The notes below the pieces were generated by a model. That model was not told where the DNA came from, searched no databases, and was given only the letters and a program-made list of their open reading frames with translations. DNA of 64,000 nucleotides from Octopus vulgaris (taxonomy: Eukaryota), in contig OX597828.1 of NCBI GenBank assembly GCA_951406725.2, positions 28,830,001 to 28,894,000 of the forward strand. The letters are read 5' to 3'. Shown one piece after another: positions 13,238 through 25,300 of the stretch. Within the stretch, counting starts at the first letter, position 1. Each line of letters opens with the position of its first letter. Position numbers and translations under genes: made by a program.

Positions 13238-13506
13238 GTTTTTTCTCACTCCTTGTAAAACACTCCCTGGTCCTGCAATCCACCTTGTGTAATGTCTGTC
13301 ACTCGTGCAAATACAGAACCCATTATTATAATTGCATTACCTATAATTATATTTTTAATTGCACAATAAATACTGTTGTTATAGAGGCTAGGTATGTACA
13401 AGAGTACGAGAAAGAGAGAGAGAGAGAGAGAGAGGGAGGGAGAGAGAGGGATATGTGTGTTGTCGAAGATTGCCACTAAGGTGAATAGACATATTTTGGA
13501 CAGAAG

Positions 13507-13541
<35 letters not shown>

Positions 13542-13552
13542 CATATATATAT

Positions 13553-13602
<50 letters not shown>

Positions 13603-13656
13603 TTACATTTATATATATACATACATATATATATATATTTATTTATATTTATATAT

Positions 13657-13761
<105 letters not shown>

Positions 13762-14269
13762 ATACTATTATTTTAACTTCTGTTTTACATGCATTTTATT
13801 TTTTGCCCACTTAACAACCATTTCAGTCAGTAACTTCAAATAAATAAATAAAAATTGTGAATCGTAAGATGACAGTTTTAGAAAAACTAAGATTTCATTC
13901 CCACAGGAAAAAAATAATAATAATAATGGCGTAATTTTCAAATTAACAACAATGTTAACGACAATAGCAAAACAACAATATTAACAAAAAAAAAAACATA
14001 ACAGTGACTTCGATAACGACGACAACAACAATAACGATAACAATAACCGTAAAAACTACAATACAACTACGATTATAATGGTGTCGTTGATTAATATTGT
14101 AATAATAACAATAGCAGCAGAAGCAGTAGGAAGAAGCATATGAAATAAATAAACAAATAAATATATAAATAAACAAACAAACTTTAAAATTTCTAACGAT
14201 AATGAAGAGGAAGCGGAGGAGGTTGCTGACGAAAACGATGACGTTAATGATTATGATGACGACGGTTCG

Positions 14270-14307
<38 letters not shown>

Positions 14308-14531
14308 CCTTATTATTATCCTTATTATTATCATTATCTTTATTATTATCATTATTATCCTTATTATTATCATTATTATCCTTATTATTATCATTATTAT
14401 CCTTATTATTATTATTATCTTTATTATTATTATCATTATCATTATTATCCTTATTATTATTATCTTTATTATTATTATCATTATCATTATTATCCTTATT
14501 ATTATTATTATCATTATCATTATTATCCTTA

Positions 14532-14562
<31 letters not shown>

Positions 14563-14632
14563 TATATTATTATTATTATTATTATTATCATCATTATCAT
14601 TATTATTATTACTATTATCATCATTATTATCC

Positions 14633-14666
<34 letters not shown>

Positions 14667-14776
14667 CATCATTATTATTATTATCCTTATTATTATTATT
14701 ATTATCATCATTATTATTATCCTTATTATTATTATCATTATTATTATTATCATCATCATTATTATTATCCTTATTA

Positions 14777-14807
<31 letters not shown>

Positions 14808-14824
14808 TATTATTATTATCATTA

Positions 14825-14858
<34 letters not shown>

Positions 14859-15045
14859 CCTTATTATTATCATTATTATTATCCTTATTATTATCCTTAT
14901 TATCCTTATTATTATCATTATCCTTATTATTATCATTATCCTTATTATTATCATTATCCTTATTATTATCATTATTATCGTTATTATTATTATCTTTATT
15001 ATTATTATCATTATCGTTATTATCCTTATTATTATTATTATTATT
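14270..15045. repeat. Long compound trinucleotide microsatellite (TTA/TCA/TCC)
   Basis: Seen directly; explains the poly-L/Y/I ORFs at 14202-15076. Confidence 0.95.
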
Positions 15046-15972
15046 TGTTGGAGTAGTGGTGGTGGGAGCAGTATAGCAATATTGACGATGATTACGACAA
15101 TTATGGCGACGACGTGGTGACTTTGTTGGTTGTGATGACTACGACGACGAAGATGGTGATGACGTTGATGATGATGATTCGTTGAACGAAATCTCGCGTT
15201 TGTTTATTGTACACCCAAGTGTTGTTAGATTGACGTTGACGAGACCGGGGAAGGGGTGGGGGCAAAGTTGGGAAAGAACGTAAAAGTAACAAAAAAAAAT
15301 ACGAAACAAACTCAAGAAACTCTAAAAAGGAAAAGAATGAATGAATAGAATAGTGAAAAAATGAACGAAGGAAAGAAATTAGAGCGGATGTATGAATGAA
15401 TGAAAAAAAATGAAACAATGATTAACTGAAAAGAAATATTGAAAAGAAAAAGAAAATCGTTTGAAAGAATAACGGGAAGGAAAGAAAGAAAAAAAATGAA
15501 AGAAAATGGTTTGAAAGAATAAAAGAAGAAATCGAAAGAAGGAAATAAAAGTCGATTGAAAGAATGAAAGAAAGAAATAACGAAAGGAAAAATTGCTTAG
15601 AAGAATGAAAAGTGAAAGAAAGTAATTGTCTGAAAAAATAAAAAATAAATAAGAAAACAAGAAATAATAAAAGAAAAAAATCGCTTGAAAGAATAAAAGA
15701 CGAACGAAAGAAAAGATTGAAGGAGAGAACGAAAGAAAAGATTGAAGGAGAGAATAAAAAAAAAGAGAAAGCGAAAGACAAAAATGAAAGTGTGAAAAAG
15801 GATTCGAAAGTTTACAAGAATGAAATTATAAACAAAAAAATAGATAAATGAATACAAGAATGAAGCAACGAAGGAATGAAAGAAAATATATAACAAAGCC
15901 TTGAAGGAGAAGAAATATTTTTTCACAAAGCAGCGAGGAAGGAAACAATTCTTTCGTTAGTTTGGAAAATAA

Positions 15973-16003
<31 letters not shown>

Positions 16004-16964
16004 TAATAATAATAAAGGGGTTTTTGGTTGGCATGAGTGGCGAGAGGACTTAATCTTCTACTAATTGACAGGTGCATTCTGAAGATAACATTGAATATGA
16101 CCTGGACCTCATTCAAATGATGGCGATATTGTTCGGTTCCATGGTGGCGGCGATGGTGATGGTGGTGGCGGTACCGGTGGCGGCGGGGCGTGGGCACAGG
16201 AGATGTGTGTGAATGTGGTGGTGGTGGTGGTGGTGAAGGGTGACGTTGTGGAGAAAGACATTCCAACGACGTTTGCTTGTTCGGAGACATCACATTTCTT
16301 CTCCAAGAGAAGCAATAGAATTACTGATGACATCTTGTACAACTTCTAAACTTTCCTTCTTCCTACCACCGCCACCGCCACCGCCCCCATTCTTACCATC
16401 GTCCTCAACGTCGTCGCCATCACCGCCCTCATCATCGCCGCCACCGCCACCGCCACAGCCGTCAAATCGCCAGCATCTTTACCAACACTATCGGAACACC
16501 ACCAACAACAGTCCTCCTCTTCCTCATCATCATCATCATCATCAACATCCCCTACCTCCCCACGAATTCTACCACCATCACCTCCGTATTAATCAACATC
16601 ATCATCATCATCATCAATATTACCATCATTGCCTTCAAAACAAACACTCCACCACCACCATTTACATCAGCATCATCAACAAGCGTCATGATCATCATTA
16701 GCACTTCCCAATTAATTCTCCCTCAAATCACGCGCAACGCTCTCTTGAAAATCGAAAGAGACACATTCGTTAATGTAGTCCAAGATCGGCAATGGACTAG
16801 AGAAGAACGTGCTGGAATGCTTTCGACCATAGACATATTTCATTAATGAAGGTTCATCTAAAACAACAACAACAACAACAGCTTTATTACTTCTCATTAA
16901 AACTTCAAACAATCTTTTTATCTTCTGGCTTTGAAGGGTTTCACTCAAACGACGATGGTCATGC

Positions 16965-17328
16965 TGGGGCACCGCCTTGAAAGGTTTTAGTCGAATAAGT
17001 CAATACCAGAACTTAGGTTTCTGATTTTTCTGCTTCTGCTATCGGTATCTTTTGACGAACCGATAAGCTACGGGGATGTAAACAAACCAACAAGCGGCTG
17101 TTGAGTGGTAGGAGCGGTGATTGTGACAAATATATATACGCATAGGCGTGGCTATATAGGCGCAGGCGTGGCTGAGTGCTAAGAAGCTTGCTTCCCAACC
17201 ACATAGTTCCGGGTTCAGTCCCACTGCGTGATACCTTCGGCAAGTGTCTTCGGACCAGCAAATATTTGTGAGTGAATTTGGTAGACAAAGACTGAAGGAA
17301 ACCCGTCGTATGTGTGTGTGTGTGTATG

Positions 17329-17350
<22 letters not shown>
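16965..17350. mobile_element. Two family A SINE fragments (minus-strand tail 16965-17110; plus-strand head 17159-17310)
   Basis: GCTGGGGCACCGCCTTG..TTAGTCGA tail motif followed by the head GGCGCAGGCGTGGCTGAGTGCTAAGAAGCTTGC. Confidence 0.7.
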
Positions 17351-17360
<10 letters not shown>

Positions 17361-17522
17361 AGAGAAATGGCTAAAATTGGCATTTATAATTATACCATAT
17401 GTTACATATATTTTACATATATTATTTCCGCCAAAAACCGGAAATAACTCTGCTTAAAATAATTTTCTGCAGTGAATTTTGCCGGTTAGAGAGCATGGTT
17501 ATTTAAATTGAAATAATAAGAG

Positions 17523-17842
<320 letters not shown>

Positions 17843-18530
17843 ATACAACGGGCTTTCACACAGTTTCCATCTACAAAATTCACTCACAAGATATTGGTCA
17901 GCCCAGTGCTATACTAGAATACTAGAAGACACTTTCGCAAGTTCTCACACCGTAGGATTGAACCCGAAACTGGCTTCTTAATCACACAATCATGTTGTCG
18001 ATAAGAATCAATAATATCCATGGTTTCGAGGAGGAGTACTCAGCTGCTATCAATCAGAACTGATCTGAACTTAACATTAACAACAACTGTACTTCGATTG
18101 GTTGGTGTATTTAAAAGAAGAAAAAAACCTTCTGAAACGATTCCTGTATTGAAAAAAATGAGCTTAATCCAGGTTCTGTGTTTGAATTCAGCAGTGGTAG
18201 TCAAACTGACAAATCCTAGTTTATCGCTGATTCATTCATAATCGACCCGGGTCTAAACGGTACGCTAGTTGTGAATCGTGTGACGCTCATCACAAATTGA
18301 TTTGTGATAATATGGATCGATGATCTGTCAAAGATTCCGCCAGGATTGCAAAAATTGCACCCCAGCAACCATCCACAATAATGCTAAGGACGACTTAGAA
18401 GGGTCCCAGAACGAAAACTATTATTAATTTTTCAACGATTCATTTGACAGTGTTTGTTTTGGAACGAAATATCGTGATACACATCCTTTCTGACGATTGT
18501 ACGTCGCTACATGAAACCTATGTGAACATA

Positions 18531-18701
18531 GGCGCAGGAGTGGCTGTGTGGTAAGTAGCTTGCTAACCAACCACATGGTTCCGGGTTCAGTCCCACTGCG
18601 TGGCATCTTGGGCAAGTGTCTTCTGCTATAGCCCCGGGCCGACCAATGCCTTGTGAGTGGATTTGGTAGACGGAAAGTGAAAGAAGCCTGTCGTATATAT
18701 G

Positions 18702-18759
<58 letters not shown>

Positions 18760-18952
18760 TCCCCCTAGCATTGCTTGACAACCGATGCTGGTGTGTTTAC
18801 GTCCCCGTCACTTAGCGGTTCGGCAAAAGAGACCGATAGAATAAGTACTGGGCTTACAAAGAATAAGTCCTGGGGTCGATTTGCTCGACTAAAGGCGGTG
18901 CTCCAGCATGGCCGCAGTCAAATGACTGAAACAAGTAAAAGAGTAAAGAGTA
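18531..18952 (+). mobile_element. SINE family A, full length, young
   Basis: Complete head-to-tail copy, nearly identical to 19786-20177 (inverted), 60426-60828 and 60996-61412. Confidence 0.92.
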
Positions 18953-19513
18953 TAGTGTAACAACTGACTTTATATTAGTTTTTTGTTTTTTGTTTTTCAG
19001 TAAGTATATTGTATATCTATTCTGATAGGTATACATAGATTATACGTTCTATATTAACCATCGATCACTTTGCGTTTCGCCAGTCGAATGATATGTGAAA
19101 AAATTTTATAAAGACATTTCTATTAAGCTCCCATTAACAATAAGACACCATTTAGAAATATCAAGTTTATATAAACACCACAAAGTGGATCAATTAATTG
19201 CATATTTGTTGTTCATAAAAACACAATAGCAAAACTGTCTGAAAAAAAAAGAAATATTAATTCGAATAACAATATAATTACAGATTTAGCCATTTGGTAA
19301 TATAGAAGAACCCAAGCTATACGTTGAATATACTTGTTGCATAATCCATATTTTATTTCCCTCATTCTTGATTGTCTGGCGATAAAATTAATATTACGTA
19401 AATGTTGATATAGTATTTTTACATACGTATTCTGTGTGAATTAGATTACATTTTAATATGCTTTACATTGAGTAGTGAAGACTATTTCTTCAACGAATAT
19501 ATATATATATATA

Positions 19514-19731
19514 CGAGGTGGAGTTGAAAACTTCCTGGCTTTAAGGGTCTCGAGAAAGGCTTTGTTGGAGGCGCGACCTTTCCGAGTTCTTTTACAGGAC
19601 TTAGAAAAACTGAAGGACTGTTGCAATAACTGTGTGAACCTGAGAAGGAGAATATGTTGAATAAAATCAACATTAACTGATCCTCCTGTATTTTCTTTTA
19701 CTCAAAGCTAGGAACTTTTCAACACCCCTCA
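19514..19731 (+). mobile_element. Mariner-derived non-autonomous element (MITE)
   Basis: TA then CGAGGTGGAGTTGAAAACTTCCTGGCTTT ... AAAGCTAGGAACTTTTCAACACCCCTC imperfect TIRs; residual transposase C-terminus LEKLKDCCNNCVNLR / GEYVE* (mariner ..KCxxxxGxYxE*). Confidence 0.8.
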
Positions 19732-19785
19732 CACACATATATACGCGTATATATGCATGTAAATATACAAAAGCATATTCACACA

Positions 19786-20177
19786 TACTCTTTTATTTGT
19801 TTCAGTCATTTGACTGCGGCCATGCTGGAGCACCGCCTTTTAGTCGAGCAAATCGACCCTGGGACTTATTCTTTGTAAGCCCGGTACTTATTCTATCGGT
19901 CTCTTTTGCCAAACCGCTAAGTGACGGGGACGTAAACACACCAGCATCGGTTGTCAAGCAATGCTAAGGGGACAAACACACAGACACACACACATATATA
20001 TATATACATATATACGACAGGCTTCTTTCAGTTTTCGTCTACCAAATCCACTCACAAGGCATTGGTCGGCCCGGGGCTATAGCAGAAGACACTTGCCCAA
20101 GATGCCATGCAGTTGGACTGAACCCGGAACCATGTGGTTGGTTAGCAAGCTACTTACCACACAGCCACTCCTGCGCC
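19786..20177 (-). mobile_element. SINE family A, full length, young
   Basis: Reverse complement of the 18531-18952 sequence. Confidence 0.92.
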
Positions 20178-20251
20178 TATATACATATATATTCACACAT
20201 ATACACATAAATACACATATACCTGCGTATATAAATACAAAAATACATATA

Positions 20252-20457
20252 TAGTAATTCCTTGCCATATCGCGGTTCATCTATCGCGCCCTTAGTACAT
20301 AGCTTATTTTTCTGGTTAATATATGTAAATTTATATCGCAGACTCCTCAGTATATCGCAGGTTTCTGCGGCCAATAGTTATTTATATATTTTTAGATTTT
20401 AATTATTTCTGTGCGAGGTTGTGGAATGAAACACCGGTGACAGTCGAGGGATCACTG
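20252..20457. mobile_element. Tigger/pogo-type MITE
   Basis: TA|TAGTAATTCCTTGCCATATCGCGGTT ... ACCGGTGACAGTCGAGGGATCACTG|TA: degenerate CAGTxxTCCCTCG-type TIRs with TA at both ends. Confidence 0.6.
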
Positions 20458-20482
20458 TATGTGTGTGCTTGTATGTGCGTGC

Positions 20483-20574
20483 TAAGTGGGCCTCGCGGCA
20501 AGCGCCGCCCTTTCCTGCGACTCCCGACTCTCCGCCGCAGCCAACGGCCGCGGCGGACGGCGTTTTCGTGTCGT
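20483..20574 (-). other. Partial ITS2-like GC-rich spacer
   Basis: Abrupt GC/CpG-rich sequence directly 3' of the 5.8S; no 28S follows. Confidence 0.6.
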
Positions 20575-20737
20575 GACCGCTTCTCGACCGGACGGGGCCC
20601 CGGGACGATAGGATCCCGGGGCCGCAATGTGCGTTCGAGGTGTCGATGTTCACCGAGTCCTGCAATTCGCATCAGTTCACGCGGATAGCCGCGCTCTTCA
20701 TCGACGGACGAGCCGAGTGATCCCCCGTCCAGGGTTT
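20575..20737 (-). rRNA. 5.8S rRNA, isolated orphon copy (probably non-functional)
   Basis: Minus strand AAACCCTGGACGGGGGATCACTCGGCTCGTCCGTCGATGAAGAGCGC...GAATTGCAGGAC...ACATCGACACCTCGAACGCACATTGCGGCCCCGGGA(tcctatcg)TCCCGGGGCC: the conserved 5.8S motifs and the GC-rich 3' hairpin are intact. Confidence 0.93.
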
Positions 20738-20975
20738 CGGTATTTGCTACTACTATTACACACTACACGTACTGAAGGAAAGCAGCGGCGGAAAAAGAAA
20801 ATTAGAAGGCGTCGACAGCGGAACAAAGCGCGCGACTGCCGAAGCCAACGGCGAGGTAGGAAGGAAGAGAGAAATGTCATGGAGCTCGCAAAGCGTGCAA
20901 GCACCGTCGTCCGAGCGCCGCGTGAACGGGCCGGCGCCGGTAGGTTGTTGCACGGTCGGCAGCAGCAGAAGCAGA
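20738..20975 (-). other. Partial ITS1-like GC-rich spacer
   Basis: GC/CpG-rich sequence 5' of the 5.8S ending abruptly; no 18S in the window. Confidence 0.6.
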
Positions 20976-21660
20976 CAAAAGTGCACACATACAGTGATAC
21001 AAGCACTGTATGTTTCTGTAGATATGTACGTGAGCATTTGCCTTAAAACTCTATGCACATATTATGTGAACACAATATATATCCTTTACATTCGCCCACT
21101 TGTTTATATCTAGATTTCACACGTAAGTATACATAAACACCAAGGCCTGCACCTCTACAAAGATGCATACCTAAAGAACGGCAGACATACACACACACAC
21201 ACACACACACATCAAGAACTGATCCCTATTGGTATACTCGTACGTTTTAACTCACATTTATATAAGCAACGAACGGCGAATTTTCGAAGTTACTGTCAAC
21301 ACTTGTGTTTTTAGGCACCTTTTGCACGTCTTCTATCTTTTGTTTTAATCACTGGACTGCGGCCTTGAAGGGTTTAATCGAACGCTTTAAATCTGATACT
21401 TATTTTATCGGCTACTTTTACCGAACGACTAAGTCATAGGGATACAAACGAACCAATACCAATACTAGTTGTCAAGTGGTGGATAAGGACAAACATATAT
21501 TTACATAAATCCACTGACAAAGCTTTGGTTGGCCTGGGGTGATAGTAGAAGACACTTGCCCAAGGTACTGCAAATTGGAACTGAACCCAAGACCGAATGG
21601 CTGGAAGGCAAGCTTCTTAACCAAACACTCAAGCGACGCACAGTATATGAAAGCGCAAAA

Positions 21661-21875
21661 GGCAGCGAGCTGGCAGAAACGTTAGCACACCAAGCACAAT
21701 GCTTACCAGCATTTCGTCTGTCTTTATGTTCTGAGTTCAAATTCCGTCGAGGTCGACTTTGCCTTTCTTCCTTTCGGAGTCGATAAATTAAGTACCAGTT
21801 GCATACTGGGGTCGATCTAATCGACTGGCCCCACCCTCCCCCAAAATTTCGGACCTTGTGCCTAGAGTGGAAAAG
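21661..21875 (+). mobile_element. SINE family B (short-tail variant); a degraded minus-strand family A copy lies at ~21335-21625
   Basis: GGCAGCGAGCTGGCAGAAACGTTAGC..GAGTTCAAATTCC..GGTCGACTTTGCC..AAGTACCAG..CCTTGTGCCTAGAG. Confidence 0.85.
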
Positions 21876-22659
21876 AATATATCAAGGCGCAACATGTTCA
21901 TGCAGCTGTATATTTGCACAAAATGCATATTTAAAAGCATGTGTGTGTGACAGATCTTGATGCTGTTAAACACCTGTTCAATGCGAATGAACATACAATC
22001 AAAGGTGTTCCTATTATGACCGCCCTGTTCTATATCCATCGTTTCTAGATTATTCCTTGTCTATTTTCGACTTTTTAATACAACGGAAACGAAAATGTGA
22101 TTTGAGGAAGACGAAGCCGCTAATTTTAGGGATCACATTCAGACTCGATCGAGGAACCACGTACATACTCTCTCATTTGATCAAGGTGAGATTTTGGTTA
22201 ATAACAATAATAAAATCAAGAACAAAAATGACGACGACCACCACAACCACCCCTATCACGACAATAAATTCTCCCTCAACATATTCCAAAATGATGACGA
22301 CAACAACAATAGTATGAAGAATAACAATTCCTCAACAAAAGAATTCTGAAGACAGAACAATTTATATATTTTATATTTATACTTTTATATATTTTTTGTT
22401 CATTTATTTTTAGAAAATATTCACAAATGTGGGAACAGAAATTGTGAAAATTCTCTGCAATTGGCAGTTAACTAAGTAAGCAACTCACTCTCCTGTCATT
22501 GTTGAAAAATGAAGAGATTTTTAGACCGCAATTCACGATCATTATTATTATTATTATTTTTTAAATTTTCTTTCTTATATTTTTTGATCGTTTTTTGAGT
22601 AGATATTTTTCGGTTTGGGTTTCATTTTTTTTTTAAACTTTCAAATACCGTTTTTGCCA

Positions 22660-23085
22660 TAATAATGGTGATAATAATAATAATAACAATGACAATAGTA
22701 ATAATGACAATAATAATGATAATAATAACAATAATAATGATAATAACAATAATGATAATAATAGTAACAATAATGATAATAATAGTAACAATAATGATAA
22801 TAGTAATAATAATAATAATGATAATAGTAATAATAATGATAATAGTAATAATAATGATAATAATAGTAATAATGATAATAATACTAACAATAATGATAAT
22901 AGTAATAATAATGATAATAATAATGATGATAATAATGATGATATTAATAATGATGATATTAATAATGATGATAATAATAATGATGATAATAATAATGATG
23001 ATAATAATAATGATAATAATAATAATGATAATAATAATAATGATGATAATAATAATGATAATAATAATAACAATAATGATAATAC
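22660..23085. repeat. (AAT/GAT/AGT/AAC)n compound microsatellite
   Basis: Seen directly. Confidence 0.95.
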
Positions 23086-23338
23086 ATTGTTATTGGCTTA
23101 TTGTTATCTAATGTTACTTCTATTTTTCGATCATTTTCGTTTTAATTTTCGTACACATACACATAAGTATGTATGTATACACACACAGTGAGAGAGAGAG
23201 AGGTGAAATGATATATGTTAATGCATTCACACATACTCACGCGCACACTCAAGTACATACGTACAACATACATATTTTTATATCTTTATGTATATACACA
23301 CATGTATATATTTACACATACGCAGAGGTATACATGTG

Positions 23339-23382
<44 letters not shown>

Positions 23383-23995
23383 GTATATTTATATGCACCG
23401 AAACTCTGTATGTATTTCCCTGAAGAAGTCGAGCTGTGTGCGTGCGCAAAGAGCATCCGGGCGGTCAGCAGCGATTTGATGGCCGCCACAGAACATCGAT
23501 GTCATACGTCACTCATTGCTGTCAACAGTGAAACTCTTCTTAACTTAGTATTATCACCGCCCGCCGCTTTTCGTTGAGAGTAACGTTTGAACCGAGTGAG
23601 AAAACCACTTAGAGAAACGGCATGCAGCTCATTAAGTAACCGTTTATGGCATCTTGATCGCCGACTAATTAATTTGGAGAATGGCATAGAGTTCCTGCAT
23701 GGATAGAGTGGATGGCCTCAAGGTAGCAATCTCTGGTTTGGGAACGGGAGATTATTATTGTGTTTCTGCGTCTCTGTTTGTGTGTGTGTGTATGTGTGTG
23801 TGTGTGTGTGTCTAAATAGATGTGTGCGAACGCGTTGGTTAGGTGATGTACAGTAGATAGGCAATAAAGGTTAGGATAGTTTAGGTTTCTACGGGACTAG
23901 GACTGTTTACTCTTCGAGTAACAGAAGGATCGACTCTTGTGAAGAGACTCGGAGAGAAAAGCACAGTAAACTGTTACTAGGTTGTGTGTGCGTGC

Positions 23996-24046
<51 letters not shown>

Positions 24047-24084
24047 CGCTTGTGTTCAGGCGCGTGCATTATTTTAAGAGAGAG

Positions 24085-24144
24085 AGATAGACAGATAGAT
24101 AGATAGACAGGTAGACAAATAGGTAGATAGATAGACAGGTAGAC

Positions 24145-24227
<83 letters not shown>

Positions 24228-24370
24228 GAGGTAGACAGATAGATAGATAGACAGGTAGACAGATAGACAGGTAGATAGGTAGACCGGTAGATAGACAAGT
24301 AGACAGAGAGATAGACAGGTAGGCAGAGAGATAGACAGGTAGGCAGATAGATAGACAGAGAGACAGATAA
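24085..24370. repeat. (GATA/GACA)n tetranucleotide array
   Basis: Seen directly. Confidence 0.95.
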
Positions 24371-25263
24371 ATATAGTGGATGGATATATGGAAGGGTGGA
24401 TAGATGGATAGGTGGATAAATAGGATGGAGCGACAGAGATGGACGGATAGAGAGAGGAGGTGAAAGAGAGAGAGAGATAGAGGAAGAGAGAAAACTTAAG
24501 GGGGATAGAGAGTGAAGATGGGGAAGAGAAAGAACAAGAGATGTAATGGTAGTGATGAATCATTAACCGAGAAATTGGAGAGAGAGAGAAAAACTGTTGA
24601 TTTTGTGTTTGCTAATCAGTAGGAAATGTTTTTGCGGGTGTGTGTATAGATATACACTTATACACACATTTATGTGTGTGCGTGTGTGTGTGTATGTGTG
24701 TGTGCGTAGAAAAATGCGTATGTATGTGTGTGCGTGGAGAGAGAGAGTGAAGGCAGAGAGAAAACGAAAGTGAAACGAAGTTGATTAACAAGAAATGTGT
24801 TGCGTACGTGTGTAGAGAGTGTGTGTGTGTGTGTATGAGGGTATGTGTATGTGACTATATGGGTGACTGTGTTGTGTACGTGGGTGTTTATGGTGTAGTA
24901 TGTGACTGTGTGCGAGAGAGAGAGGCTCACAGAAAGCTAGATAAACAGTGAGAGTATAATAAATCTAGACGAAAAAGTGGTGAAAATGTAGGATCGAGGG
25001 GCGAAGTAGGTGGTAGTTAGACTTGTGTGTGTGTGTGTTTGTGTGTGTGTGTGCGTGTGTGTGTGTGTGTTGGGGTAGGGGTTGTCTTGTGTGAAAAGCA
25101 GAGAAGAAGTGATTAAAAGCAAAGAAGTATGGCTAAACAAACGACTGGAACGTGAGAGGATTAGTGAGGCAGCTTTAACATTGACGGGAATTGGGAAAGA
25201 TGGTAAAGACGGATTAAATTGCCGGATTAAAGAGTAAAGTGAGAGGAAGCTGAGTTAACAGCT

Positions 25264-25300
<37 letters not shown>

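Noticed and set aside
14202-15076. Long ORFs of 150-350 aa here and at 22633, 45149, 46369, 47258, 55365 and 56062
   Set aside because: Translations of microsatellites (poly-L/I/Y/M/S, YI repeats) with no coding signal.
15826-16701. Pro/His/Gly-rich ORFs as a transcription-factor exon
   Set aside because: Built from degenerate CCA/CCG/CAT triplet repeats, with no recognisable domain or clear splice sites; cannot be fully excluded.
20451-20998. rDNA as cargo of a TIR transposon, or RAG RSS-like signals
   Set aside because: The 15-bp matching CAGTG ends read away from the rDNA, the left one belongs to a separate MITE, the heptamer is TACAGTG rather than CACAGTG, and there is no nonamer.
20399-21113. 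Cluster of overlapping GC-rich ORFs
   Set aside because: Explained by the 5.8S rRNA and ITS sequence.
23850-23900. Telomere-like TTAGG motifs
   Set aside because: Scattered and degenerate, not a tandem array.
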